The notes beneath the pieces were generated by a model that saw only the letters and a list, made by a program, of their open reading frames with translations, had not been told where the DNA came from and searched no databases. 64,000 bases of DNA from Bacteroidales bacterium (GTDB lineage: Bacteria; Bacteroidota; Bacteroidia; Bacteroidales; WCHB1-69): positions 5,756-69,755 of the forward strand of contig JBGURX010000019.1 of assembly GCA_045132235.1 (NCBI GenBank), in the 5' to 3' direction. Positions 26,536 to 34,929 of the stretch are shown piece after piece; position 1 is the stretch's first letter; each line of letters opens with the position of its first letter. Made by a program: the position numbers and the translations under genes.

Positions 26536-27051
26536 TTACTCATTGATACACTGCAATACCCACACATCCACAAAGCCTTCGCGGGTGCGCATCCATTCGC
26601 GCAGCCGTCCGCACTCGCTGAAGCCGGCCCGCCGGAACAATCTGATGCTGGCTTCGTTGTTGGCCATGACGTGGCAATAGACCTGATGGAGCCGCACGCT
26701 GTTGAACAGGTAGTCCTTCGCCAGCAGGATGCTCTCGAGGCCGTAGCCGCGCTGCCGGAACTCGGGCGCGATGAGGATGCCGAGGCCCGCCCGCTGGTGG
26801 TCAGGGTCGAAATCGAACACATCCAACGCCCCGACAGTGTTGCCGGTGCCGACCTCCTCCACCATCAGCCGCAGCTGGCGGTTGGCGTAGATGTCCTGCG
26901 AGGAGGTCTCGATGAATTTCTCCAGAATGTGCTTCGAGAAGGGCGCGGTGGTGTTGCTCACCAGCCAGTTGGCGCGGTCGTTTTCCCACGCATACATCAC
27001 CGGCAGGTCGCCGGGCTCCAACGCCCGAAGCAGCACATTCTTTCCAACCAT
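26536..27051 (-). CDS. GNAT family N-acetyltransferase
   Basis: LRALEPGDLPVMYAWEND..., QRGYGLESILLAKDYLF, NEASIRLFRRAGF. Confidence 0.8.
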   Translation of the reverse strand: MVGKNVLLRALEPGDLPVMYAWENDRANWLVSNTTAPFSKHILEKFIETSSQDIYANRQLRLMVEEVGTGNTVGALDVFDFDPDHQRAGLGILIAPEFRQRGYGLESILLAKDYLFNSVRLHQVYCHVMANNEASIRLFRRAGFSECGRLREWMRTREGFVDVWVLQCINE

Positions 27052-27851
27052 CAGTCTATCAACCTTTTAATTACTCTCAAAAAATGCGTATAGCGTTTCT
27101 CCTCATTGCAGAAGATGCCGGTGGAGTCGAGGGTGTCGATGCGCACCTTGCCGCTGGAGTGGATAATCTGGCCTTTGCCGCACACGATGCCGACGTGGGT
27201 GATTGATTCCGCGGCAGAGCTGGAGCTGAAGAAGGCGAGATCGCCGATGCGGGCTTCCTCCACGAAATCGACGGTGGTGCCGCAGTTCACCTGCTGGGAG
27301 GCGTCGCGCGGGAGGGTGATGCCTGCGCTTTTGAGCACCAGCTGCGAAAAGCCGGAGCAGTCGATGCCGGCGGGGGTGCGTCCGCCCCACAGGTAGGGAG
27401 CATTCAGGAAAGCGGCGGCGAACTGCATGAGCTTCACCTGCTGGACTGAAATGCCCTTGGACTCAGGAACAGGCTTCTCATCCGGAAGATTCACCAAGAA
27501 AATAGAATTCCCCAATATCAGTATGCCATCTTTGGGATACGGGAAGGAGGAGCCGATAAAGATCGGGAAGCTGATATTCTTTTCAAAAGTATTGATTATC
27601 AGCAACAAATCCCTCACCACATACTTGTCGGCGGCGAGGTAGTCAGCCACATCCTTTTCGTGCAGCGGGTTGTGCAGGCGGCGGCTGATCCAGCCCTCGT
27701 AGTCGCAGTCGCAGGTGCGCACCTTGAGCCATTCGGGGGCTTCCTCCACCACCTCGTAGGCGTCGCCGAAAAGCATCTGCGACACCAGCTCAGCGCGGTG
27801 CGAAGGTTCCGCCCGCATGTTCAGTACCGATAGGTTGGCAACTCCGTGCAT
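27051..27851 (-). CDS. C40 family (NlpC/P60) peptidase with an N-terminal SH3-like domain
   Basis: YLWGGRTPAGIDCSGFSQLV...THVGIV (Cys/His catalytic contexts). Confidence 0.8.
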   Translation of the reverse strand: MHGVANLSVLNMRAEPSHRAELVSQMLFGDAYEVVEEAPEWLKVRTCDCDYEGWISRRLHNPLHEKDVADYLAADKYVVRDLLLIINTFEKNISFPIFIGSSFPYPKDGILILGNSIFLVNLPDEKPVPESKGISVQQVKLMQFAAAFLNAPYLWGGRTPAGIDCSGFSQLVLKSAGITLPRDASQQVNCGTTVDFVEEARIGDLAFFSSSSAAESITHVGIVCGKGQIIHSSGKVRIDTLDSTGIFCNEEKRYTHFLRVIKRLID

Positions 27852-27860
27852 GGCAAGTGG

Positions 27861-28340
27861 TTAGAAGGGCAGGTCGTTGGTGTCGCCGCCGGGTTGGAAC
27901 TGCGGGTCGGGATATTGGGCAGGCTGCTGGGGCATGGGCATGGGCTGGCCGTAGGGTTGCTGGGCCGGCTGACCGTAAGGCTGCTGCATGGGTTGCTGCA
28001 TCGGCTGGCCGTAAGGCTGTTGCATCGGCTGGCCGTAAGGCTGCTGCACTTGGGGCTGCTGCATCTGTCCGGGACGGTCGATGCGCCATGCGCGCACGTC
28101 GGTGTACCAGCGGCCGTTGAACTCGCGCGACTCGATGCTCACCGACACGAGGATCATCTCGCCGGGCTGGAAAGTGTCGAGAATCGGGATGCTGTTGGTC
28201 CATGCGGCGATGCAGATTTTGCGCGGATACTGCTCCACCGTTTCGATGATAAAGTTCTGTTTCTTCCATTCGCCTCTGGCGCTGGTGCCGCTCTCCACGT
28301 CAAGTTTCTGGAGCAGCTTTCCTTCAATTTGCAATTCCAT
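27861..28340 (-). CDS. DUF3127-like OB-fold protein with a Q/P-rich repeat linker and a C-terminal DLPF tip
   Basis: Start MELQIEGKLLQKLDVESGTSARGEWKKQNFIIETVEQYPRKI (ATG at 28340). It has 4-5 QQPYGQPM repeats and ends GGDTNDLPF. Confidence 0.7.
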   Translation of the reverse strand: MELQIEGKLLQKLDVESGTSARGEWKKQNFIIETVEQYPRKICIAAWTNSIPILDTFQPGEMILVSVSIESREFNGRWYTDVRAWRIDRPGQMQQPQVQQPYGQPMQQPYGQPMQQPMQQPYGQPAQQPYGQPMPMPQQPAQYPDPQFQPGGDTNDLPF

Positions 28341-28382
28341 TTTACTATATTTTATAATATTCGACAATAAGATTTGAAGCTG

Positions 28383-28390
28383 CAAAAATA
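28383..28390 (-). promoter_or_regulatory. Candidate -7 box for the DUF3127 gene
   Basis: The plus strand reads CAAAAATA. It lies 43 nt upstream of the ATG at 28340. Confidence 0.45.
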
Positions 28391-28529
28391 CGGGAAATTT
28401 GCGAAAAACGGATTTTCTTCAATTTTTATATAAAATATTGATTATTAATAAATTAAATAACTTTTCAACAATTGTTAATAATTTTTTGAAAAAAAAGTAT
28501 GGATGTGCTGTCAGTTCAAAAAAAAGTTG

Positions 28530-28537
28530 TAATTTTG
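28530..28537 (+). promoter_or_regulatory. Candidate -7 box (TAATTTTG) for rpmG
   Basis: It lies 45 nt upstream of the ATG at 28582. Confidence 0.5.
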
Positions 28538-28581
28538 CAGCCGATTTTTTGAGACAAAAAAGAAGCTAAAAAAGTAAAGAA

Positions 28582-28770
28582 ATGGCAAAGAAAAACAAGG
28601 AAGCACGTCAACAAGTGATTTTGGAGTGCACAGAGCAGAAGGCCAGCGGTGTACCGGGTATGTCCAGATACATCACCACAAAGAACCGCAAGAACACTCC
28701 TGAGAGATTAGAGCTGAAGAAATACAATCCGTATCTGAAGCGCGTAACCGTTCACAAAGAAGTTAAATAA
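28582..28770 (+). CDS. rpmG: 50S ribosomal protein L33
   Basis: [62 protein letters not shown] is a typical L33 sequence. Confidence 0.92.
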   Translation: MAKKNKEARQQVILECTEQKASGVPGMSRYITTKNRKNTPERLELKKYNPYLKRVTVHKEVK

Positions 28771-28788
28771 CCTAAATACCTGTAAGAG

Positions 28789-28944
28789 ATGGCAAAGAAA
28801 GTTGTTGCAACATTGAAGAAAGAAGGTGGTGTCACCTATACGCGTGTAATCCGTATGGAGCGCTCACCGAAGACGGGTGCCTACACATTCAAAGAGGCAA
28901 TCGTCGAATCCACCCAAGTTAAAGACTTTTTATCCAAAAAGTAA
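28789..28944 (+). CDS. DUF4295 family small protein
   Basis: It is not in the ORF track (51 aa). My hand translation gives MAKKVVATLKKEGGVTYTRVIRMERSPKTGAYTFKEAIVESTQVKDFLSKK. This family conventionally follows rpmG in Bacteroidota. Confidence 0.75.
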   Translation: MAKKVVATLKKEGGVTYTRVIRMERSPKTGAYTFKEAIVESTQVKDFLSKK

Positions 28945-28964
28945 TATTTTTTTTCATGGCGTTT

Positions 28965-29001
28965 GGAAAAGCTGCACTGCGAAGTGCGGCTTTTCCGTTT
29001 T
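28965..29001 (+). terminator. Rho-independent terminator after rpmG and the DUF4295 gene
   Basis: GGAAAAGCTGCACT-GCGA-AGTGCGGCTTTTCC (one G-U pair), followed by GTTTT. Confidence 0.7.
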
Positions 29002-29060
29002 AAACCCATCCGTAATGCAAAAAAAGTGGCCGTCATCCATTACAATTCCGAATTTAGTCG

Positions 29061-29068
29061 TATCTTTG
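29061..29068 (+). promoter_or_regulatory. Candidate -7 box (TATCTTTG) for the toxin/antitoxin pair
   Basis: It lies 23 nt upstream of the ATG at 29091. Confidence 0.5.
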
Positions 29069-29090
29069 CAGGCTGAAAATTGTAATTAAA

Positions 29091-29309
29091 ATGATTAACG
29101 CCACACAAATGACCCCCACGCAGATACACCTGCTTAAACTGTTCTCTTTCGACAGAAGTGAAAGACGAGCTTTGGAAATTAAGGAGGTGTTAATGCGTTA
29201 TTTTCAAAGCCAGCTTGATGTCGAAGCCGACCGTCTGTGGGACGAAGGAATTTTGGACCAAGAACGCCTTGACCAACTTCGTGGTGAAGACTTGCACGCA
29301 AAGAAATGA
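29091..29309 (+). CDS. Putative antitoxin (72 aa) of a PIN-type toxin/antitoxin module
   Basis: A small helical protein whose stop overlaps the PIN gene start by 4 nt (ATGA). The assignment rests on position only. Confidence 0.5.
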   Translation: MINATQMTPTQIHLLKLFSFDRSERRALEIKEVLMRYFQSQLDVEADRLWDEGILDQERLDQLRGEDLHAKK

Positions 29310-29722
29310 GACTCGTCCTTGACACCAACAGCCTGATACAATGCGTATCCCGCCGCAGCCGCTATCACGGTTTGTGGTTGTCATTTGTTAATGGTCACAA
29401 TCAGTTGTGTGTCACAACTGAAATCCTGAACGAGTACATTGAAATTCTTCAACGGGAAACCAACGAGACATTTGCCTCTCTGGTATTGGAAGTAATACTC
29501 AACAACCCGAACACACAATTTATTCAAACATTTTACAGATTTAATCTTATCGCAGAAGACCCTGACGACAATAAATTCATAGATTGTGCCGTAGCCGCAC
29601 AAGCCAAGTATATTGTTACGGAAGACCACCATTACAACATACTCCAACAAGTGGAGTTCCCTAAAGTAGACATTATCGGATTAGACGAGGCAATGAAGAT
29701 GATTGTACACGACAAGGCTTAA
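29306..29722 (+). CDS. PIN domain toxin (toxin/antitoxin system toxin component)
   Basis: MRLVLDTNSLIQ (first acidic residue), TEILNEY, DPDDNKFIDCAVAAQAKYIVTED (conserved acidic residues); 138 aa. Confidence 0.75.
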   Translation: MRLVLDTNSLIQCVSRRSRYHGLWLSFVNGHNQLCVTTEILNEYIEILQRETNETFASLVLEVILNNPNTQFIQTFYRFNLIAEDPDDNKFIDCAVAAQAKYIVTEDHHYNILQQVEFPKVDIIGLDEAMKMIVHDKA

Positions 29723-29826
29723 TGTCCTAAGGCAGCAGAATCCCCTTGCGCCCCGCGGACAAACTTGAGATCGAAAATTTCGACCTCAAAAATGGGATGG
29801 AATAAACCAATGTCTTTTTCAAATTG

Positions 29827-29921
29827 TTCACCCTAAAGGGGTGAGATTTTCGTAACCCTAGATAAGGCCGTCAGGCCGCAATCTGGGGTAGGCAATGGCC
29901 TCGCGCGCCGCCCGCGGCACG
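29827..29921 (-). repeat. Two-hairpin intergenic element, copy A (inverted relative to copy B at 44002-44099)
   Basis: The reverse complement reads CGTGCCGCGGGCGGCGCGCGAGGCCATTGCCTACCCCAGATTGCGGCCTGACGGCCTTATCTAGGGTTACGAAAATCTCACCCCTTTAGGGTGAA. It aligns by eye with copy B. Confidence 0.7.
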
Positions 29922-29954
29922 GGCGGCAGGTACGGAAGAGCGGAAAGGGTTTGA

Positions 29955-30380
29955 CTACATTTTCTCCAACTCATAGGATATGTCTTCTGTCCACGATTCC
30001 CACCCAAGTTCACCAGTATTATAAGCAACACTTGCATTGCCTGACATCGACATCACTTTTTTTGAAAATTCATTCAGAGTAAGGTCAGCAGAAATTTTTT
30101 CCTGATGTTCTCCATTATACTCCACAAGAATGGACAACGTATTATCTTTCAAGGCATATTCTCCTTCCCAATCAATGCCATCAATATGCAGCGTACATTT
30201 TCCACCATCCCTAAATTCCCACGTCTTCCCCTTTTCAAATACACTTGCATCTTCACCATCTACTATTGCCTTTGTAATCTTCCACTTGCCAACAATCTGT
30301 TTGTCCTTAGAACAGGATGAAAATGAAACCAACGCTGCCATACAAAGGCAGATTATTCCGATTAATCTATTTTTTGACAT
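29955..30380 (-). CDS. Lipocalin-like lipoprotein
   Basis: It has a lipobox (LVSFSSC) and a GKWKITKAIVDGED... pattern. The gene is AT-rich. Confidence 0.6.
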   Translation of the reverse strand: MSKNRLIGIICLCMAALVSFSSCSKDKQIVGKWKITKAIVDGEDASVFEKGKTWEFRDGGKCTLHIDGIDWEGEYALKDNTLSILVEYNGEHQEKISADLTLNEFSKKVMSMSGNASVAYNTGELGWESWTEDISYELEKM

Positions 30381-30446
30381 AACATACTAAATTTTAAGTA
30401 TTTGAACAAACAAAACATTCACCTTGATCTTCAACAATCAACGCTG

Positions 30447-30454
30447 CAAAAATA
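30447..30454 (-). promoter_or_regulatory. Candidate -7 box for the lipoprotein gene
   Basis: The plus strand reads CAAAAATA. It lies 67 nt upstream of the ATG at 30380. Confidence 0.4.
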
Positions 30455-30506
30455 CACATTTTTTTCAATTGGTGAGAAAAACCTCTTCCGAATCACAAAA
30501 AGTATG

Positions 30507-30514
30507 TATCTTTG
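30507..30514 (+). promoter_or_regulatory. Candidate -7 box (TATCTTTG) for the DUF1015 gene
   Basis: It lies 87 nt upstream of the ATG at 30601. Confidence 0.4.
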
Positions 30515-30600
30515 CCGCTCGAAAAAGAATAGCAGAAAACACCGACCAGCCATCGCAACAACTTAATCATTAATAATTTAATAAATTAATAGTTTCCATT

Positions 30601-31866
30601 ATGAGCATCATCAAACCTTTCAAGGGCTTCCGCCCGCCCGTCGACATCGTCGAGAAACTGGCCTCCCGTCCGTATGACGTACTCAACTCCGCCGAAGCAC
30701 GCGTAGAAGCTGCCGGCAACCCCTACAGCCTCCTGCATGTCACCAAGGCCGAGATCGACCTTCCCGAAGGCACCGACGAACACTCTCCCGAAGTGTATCT
30801 CCAAGTGGTGAAAAACTACAACCTGTTCAAAGACCTCGGCTGGCTGGTAAAGGATGAAGAGGAGAAACTCTACGTCTATGCCCAGAGCATGAACCCGAAG
30901 GATGCCAACGCCAAATGGCAGTACGGCATCGTGGCCTGCGCCTATAGCGAGGACTATGTCAACAAGATCATCAAGAAACACGAGTTGACCCGCAAGGATA
31001 AAGAGGAAGACCGCATGAAACACGTGCGCATCACCAACGCCAACGTGGAACCCGTGTTCTTCGCCTATCCTGCCGTGGCCCGCATCGACGAGATCGTGGC
31101 CTCCGTCACTGCTAACAAGCCCATCTATGACTTCATCGCCAAGGAAGACGGCTTCGGCCATCGTTTCTGGGTTATCGACAACAAAGCCATGATCGCAGAA
31201 CTCGTGGAGCTGTTCGCCACCAAAGTTCCCGCCATGTACATCGCCGACGGCCATCACCGCAGCGCCGCCGCCGCCCTCGTGGGACAGGAGAAGAAGGAGC
31301 AGAACCCGCACCACACCGGCAAGGAAGAGTACAACTACTTCATGACCGTCATCTTCCCCGACAACCAGCTGAACATCATCGACTACAACCGCGTGGTGAA
31401 AGACCTCAACGGCCTCACCAAGGAGCAGTTCATCGCCGCCGTGAGCGAGAGCTACGACGTGCAGGACATGGGCACTGGCATCTACAAGCCCGCCAAGCTG
31501 CACGAGTTCAGCATGTACCTCGACGGCCACTGGTACAAGATGACCGCCAAGGCCGGCACCTTCGACGACAACGACCCGATCGGCGTGCTGGACGTGACCA
31601 TCCTCAGCAACCTCGTACTTGACAAAGTGCTCGGCATCAAGGATCTCCGCACCGACAAGCGCATCGACTTCGTGGGCGGTATCCGCGGCCTCGGCGAACT
31701 GAAACGCCGCGTCGATAACGGCGAGATGAAGGTCGCCTTCGCCCTCTACCCGGTGAGCATGAAGCAGATCATCGACATCGCCGACACCGGCAACATCATG
31801 CCTCCGAAGACCACCTGGTTCGAGCCGAAACTGCGCTCCGGCCTCGTGATCCACGAACTCTGCTAA
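30601..31866 (+). CDS. DUF1015 family protein
   Basis: MSIIKPFKGFRPPVDIVEKLASRPYDVLNSAEAR...YIADGHHRSAAA is the typical DUF1015 signature. Confidence 0.8.
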   Translation: MSIIKPFKGFRPPVDIVEKLASRPYDVLNSAEARVEAAGNPYSLLHVTKAEIDLPEGTDEHSPEVYLQVVKNYNLFKDLGWLVKDEEEKLYVYAQSMNPKDANAKWQYGIVACAYSEDYVNKIIKKHELTRKDKEEDRMKHVRITNANVEPVFFAYPAVARIDEIVASVTANKPIYDFIAKEDGFGHRFWVIDNKAMIAELVELFATKVPAMYIADGHHRSAAAALVGQEKKEQNPHHTGKEEYNYFMTVIFPDNQLNIIDYNRVVKDLNGLTKEQFIAAVSESYDVQDMGTGIYKPAKLHEFSMYLDGHWYKMTAKAGTFDDNDPIGVLDVTILSNLVLDKVLGIKDLRTDKRIDFVGGIRGLGELKRRVDNGEMKVAFALYPVSMKQIIDIADTGNIMPPKTTWFEPKLRSGLVIHELC

Positions 31867-31887
31867 ACAGAATGAAACCATCATCCC

Positions 31888-31923
31888 AGAGCGGCTGCCC
31901 CAGTGGGCAGCCGCTCTTTTTTT
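31888..31923 (+). terminator. Rho-independent terminator
   Basis: AGAGCGGCTGCCC-CAGT-GGGCAGCCGCTCT, followed by TTTTTT. Confidence 0.85.
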
Positions 31924-31961
31924 ATAAAACCAACTATCGTATTTATTTTCTGAAATTTATG

Positions 31962-31969
31962 TATTTTTG
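31962..31969 (+). promoter_or_regulatory. Candidate -7 box (TATTTTTG)
   Basis: It lies 27 nt upstream of the ATG at 31996. Confidence 0.5.
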
Positions 31970-31995
31970 CAGCGATAATACATCACCAAAAAATT

Positions 31996-33090
31996 ATGAA
32001 AAAAATCGCTTTATTCGTCGCTGCATTATTTTCGGCGATGACCCTCTGTGCCCAGATACCGCCCGTGAGTCCTGCCGCCTGCGCGGAATGCGGAGCCAAA
32101 AACGGCGAACCCCACAAGTCTTGGTGTCCCTACGCCCCGCAACAAGAGCCCGAGCCTGAACCGGAACACTACTCCGACCCCGTCACGCCGCCGGCTCCAA
32201 CCCCTACTACCCCGCCAGCCTCGCACTACACCGCACCCGACGCCGCTTCCACAGCATACGTCAAACCTGATTTCTCCATGATGTCGCATCCCACCGTGCA
32301 AGCCAGGCCGCTGTTCTCCGGCATCAACGAGCACAGCCTCACGGTGGCGCCGACCGAACTCACCAGCCAAACCCAATGGGGCGAGGTGGATTTGAAAAGC
32401 ATCGGTTCCTTCACGTACGACATCTGCCGCTACTCCCATTACAACAATACTGCCGTGGTGCTGGGCCATACCCACCCCAATGGCGCGGTGGAATGGAAAA
32501 TTCTGAAAAAATATCCCTACGGATACTATAATGAATGGGAGTTTGCAGATGAGAACCAAGAGGGAGTGAGCATTGTGAATGTCCATTTCGAGGCAGAAGG
32601 CAACTTCATCTTTGTGGACTACAGCGACGGTACGAACCGCGTTTTGGATGCTTGGGGAAATATGTGCTTTGTCTCAAAGAATAACGAAGTCAGACTGTTG
32701 GATTTCAGAGATGGAAACCGCTATTTCTTTGAAGTGTGGGACAGGGAATCATCGCAATACATGTTGTGGACCGTGGAGAACAGGGAGAGAGAGCTCATAG
32801 GCATCTCCAAGAAAGAGATACAATACTTTGACAATGCGTTTGTGACATTTGATTTTAATTACAGCATCAGAGACTATAACGGGGAAATGCTATCGCTCAA
32901 CATGGATGGCCGTGAGGTGAAGTTTTTTGATGATGTGACAGTCTATCAGGACGATGTAAAATGGCATTTTGTGATTACGGCCAACAAATGGGGCACACCC
33001 CAATACACCATCGTCACATCCGATTTGAAGCAGTTTGGCGGCTGGTATGCCACCATGGGCGACCTGCAAAAAACATGGGCGAACCGCTAA
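31996..33090 (+). CDS. Hypothetical secreted protein with a Cys-knuckle and a Pro-rich linker
   Basis: Signal peptide, then CAECGAKNGEPHKSWCPYAP, then a P/E/T-rich linker and a roughly 250 aa beta-rich domain. I recognise no family. Confidence 0.6.
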   Translation: MKKIALFVAALFSAMTLCAQIPPVSPAACAECGAKNGEPHKSWCPYAPQQEPEPEPEHYSDPVTPPAPTPTTPPASHYTAPDAASTAYVKPDFSMMSHPTVQARPLFSGINEHSLTVAPTELTSQTQWGEVDLKSIGSFTYDICRYSHYNNTAVVLGHTHPNGAVEWKILKKYPYGYYNEWEFADENQEGVSIVNVHFEAEGNFIFVDYSDGTNRVLDAWGNMCFVSKNNEVRLLDFRDGNRYFFEVWDRESSQYMLWTVENRERELIGISKKEIQYFDNAFVTFDFNYSIRDYNGEMLSLNMDGREVKFFDDVTVYQDDVKWHFVITANKWGTPQYTIVTSDLKQFGGWYATMGDLQKTWANR

Positions 33091-33156
33091 CTGGCGATTC
33101 GCCCACACAATCGATATAAGAATGTTGAATGACCGATAGGTTACCGCAGCGGACCT

Positions 33157-34023
33157 CTATCCGAGGTACGATCTGAGGTTTTTGCACTTGGCCTGGTTCT
33201 TGAGACGGCGGATGGCCTTCTCTTTGATCTGGCGCACACGCTCGCGGGTGAGGTTCTGCCGCTCAGCGATTTCCTCGAGCGTCCACGGGTGCTTCTCACC
33301 GTCAAGACCGAAATAGAGCTTGATGATGTCGGCCTCGCGCTCGGGAAGAGTGGCGATGGTACGGTTAATCTCCTGACGCAAAGACTCATACAGCAGCTCT
33401 CTGTCTGGCGGCGTGGAATCTTCCGACTTGAGCACGTCGTACATGTTGTTGTCCTTGTCCTGCGTGAGGGAGGCGTCCATGGAGAGGTGGCGCGACGAGT
33501 TGCGCATCGAGTCCTTCACCTCCGCCTCGGTGATGTCGAGGAGGGCGGCGATTTCATCGGCGCGGGGTTCGCGCTCGTACTCCTGCTCCAGATAGGCGTA
33601 TGCCTTGTTGATCTTGTTGATGGTACCGATCTTGTTCAGCGGCAGACGCACGATACGCGACTGCTCGGCCAGCGCCTGCAGGATGGACTGGCGGATCCAC
33701 CAAACGGCGTAGGAGATGAATTTGAAACCGCGGGTTTCGTCGAAACGCTGGGCGGCCTTGATGAGGCCAAGGTTACCTTCGTTGATCAGGTCAGGAAGAC
33801 TAAGTCCCTGATTCTGATACTGCTTGGCCACGGAGACCACAAAACGGAGGTTAGCCTTGGTGAGCTTCTCCAGTGCAGCTTGGTCGCCTTCTTTGATTTT
33901 GCGGGCCAGCTCCACCTCTTCCTCCGCCGTAATCAGCTCCACTTTGCCAATGTCGTGCAGATATTTGTCTAACGAAGCAGTTTCTCGATTGGTTACCTGT
34001 TTAGTGATATTGAGTTGTCTCAT
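33157..34023 (-). CDS. rpoD: Primary RNA polymerase sigma factor (Bacteroidetes sigma-A)
   Basis: 288 aa. Motifs [54 protein letters not shown] and [23 protein letters not shown] are present. Confidence 0.93.
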   Translation of the reverse strand: MRQLNITKQVTNRETASLDKYLHDIGKVELITAEEEVELARKIKEGDQAALEKLTKANLRFVVSVAKQYQNQGLSLPDLINEGNLGLIKAAQRFDETRGFKFISYAVWWIRQSILQALAEQSRIVRLPLNKIGTINKINKAYAYLEQEYEREPRADEIAALLDITEAEVKDSMRNSSRHLSMDASLTQDKDNNMYDVLKSEDSTPPDRELLYESLRQEINRTIATLPEREADIIKLYFGLDGEKHPWTLEEIAERQNLTRERVRQIKEKAIRRLKNQAKCKNLRSYLG

Positions 34024-34101
34024 TTCAAAACTTTTTGCTGCCTTTTACGGCGGTTATTTTCATTTTGTTACACATAAAAATCCCGCTGCCGAAAAAGTTT
34101 G

Positions 34102-34109
34102 CAAAAGTA
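34102..34109 (-). promoter_or_regulatory. Candidate -7 box for rpoD
   Basis: The plus strand reads CAAAAGTA. It lies 79 nt upstream of the ATG at 34023. Confidence 0.4.
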
Positions 34110-34220
34110 CAACTTTTTGGCCAAAAAATCGGTTCGTTTTCGGTGTTTTTTTCAAAAAAATTATTCCTTTTTTATATGATTTTGATGAATTTTACGTTTT
34201 TATCAAAAACCATTCCCATC

Positions 34221-34907
34221 ATGCGCCGACGTATCACCGCCATCATGACCTTTTTTAGCCTCGTTCTGCTGATGTTTTCGGGCACTGCCCGCGCACAGAA
34301 CCTCAATGAGATCCTTCTTCATTTTTCGGAAGAGGAGATGGAAGTGCCCGTCGCGGTGCGCCAGAAAATGGTGGAAGAGAAAGGGAATACCCTGCTGAAC
34401 TACAGCAACTACAAGCTGCTGGTGTATGACAAGCGTGCCGGATTCCTACAGATCCGCACCCCGTTGGATGTCACCTACGAGATTGCCACGTGGCGCCGCG
34501 ACGGTCACGGCGACCTGCTGGTGGCTCTCTGCGAAACCCGCTGCGGCAACAGCTGCGGCTCGAAAATCTCCTTCTACGCCGTCACCAAGGAAGCCGACGA
34601 GGAGGTGTGGCAACCGCTTCCCACCGAAGACTACATTCCCACCTTCACCCTTGACGACATTTTCAACGAACAGAAACTCTCCAAGAACTACCTCACCACC
34701 GAAACCGTTTTGAAGGACTTTGAACTCAAAACCCAGTTCATGCTGCCGCAGAGCGGGCACGACATCATCGTGATTTTCACCTGTTTGGATGAATTGGACA
34801 AAAAAGAATACCAACGCATTTACAAGTATCTGGACGGCGTGATGCTGGACCTGATTTGGAAGAAAGGTACTTTCATCAAGAGCGATCCCTATTTTCCAGC
34901 CTATTAA
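34221..34907 (+). CDS. Hypothetical secreted protein
   Basis: Internal start MRRRITAIMTFFSLVLLMFSGTARAQ (signal peptide). The upstream extension of the track ORF is AT-rich promoter DNA. Confidence 0.55.
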   Translation: MRRRITAIMTFFSLVLLMFSGTARAQNLNEILLHFSEEEMEVPVAVRQKMVEEKGNTLLNYSNYKLLVYDKRAGFLQIRTPLDVTYEIATWRRDGHGDLLVALCETRCGNSCGSKISFYAVTKEADEEVWQPLPTEDYIPTFTLDDIFNEQKLSKNYLTTETVLKDFELKTQFMLPQSGHDIIVIFTCLDELDKKEYQRIYKYLDGVMLDLIWKKGTFIKSDPYFPAY

Positions 34908-34929
34908 AACGACCATAACCTTTGCTATC

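Noticed and set aside
28877-29089. A 70 aa ORF between the DUF4295 gene and the toxin/antitoxin pair.
   Set aside because: It spans a rho-independent terminator and the promoter of the toxin/antitoxin module, and its composition is not coding-like.
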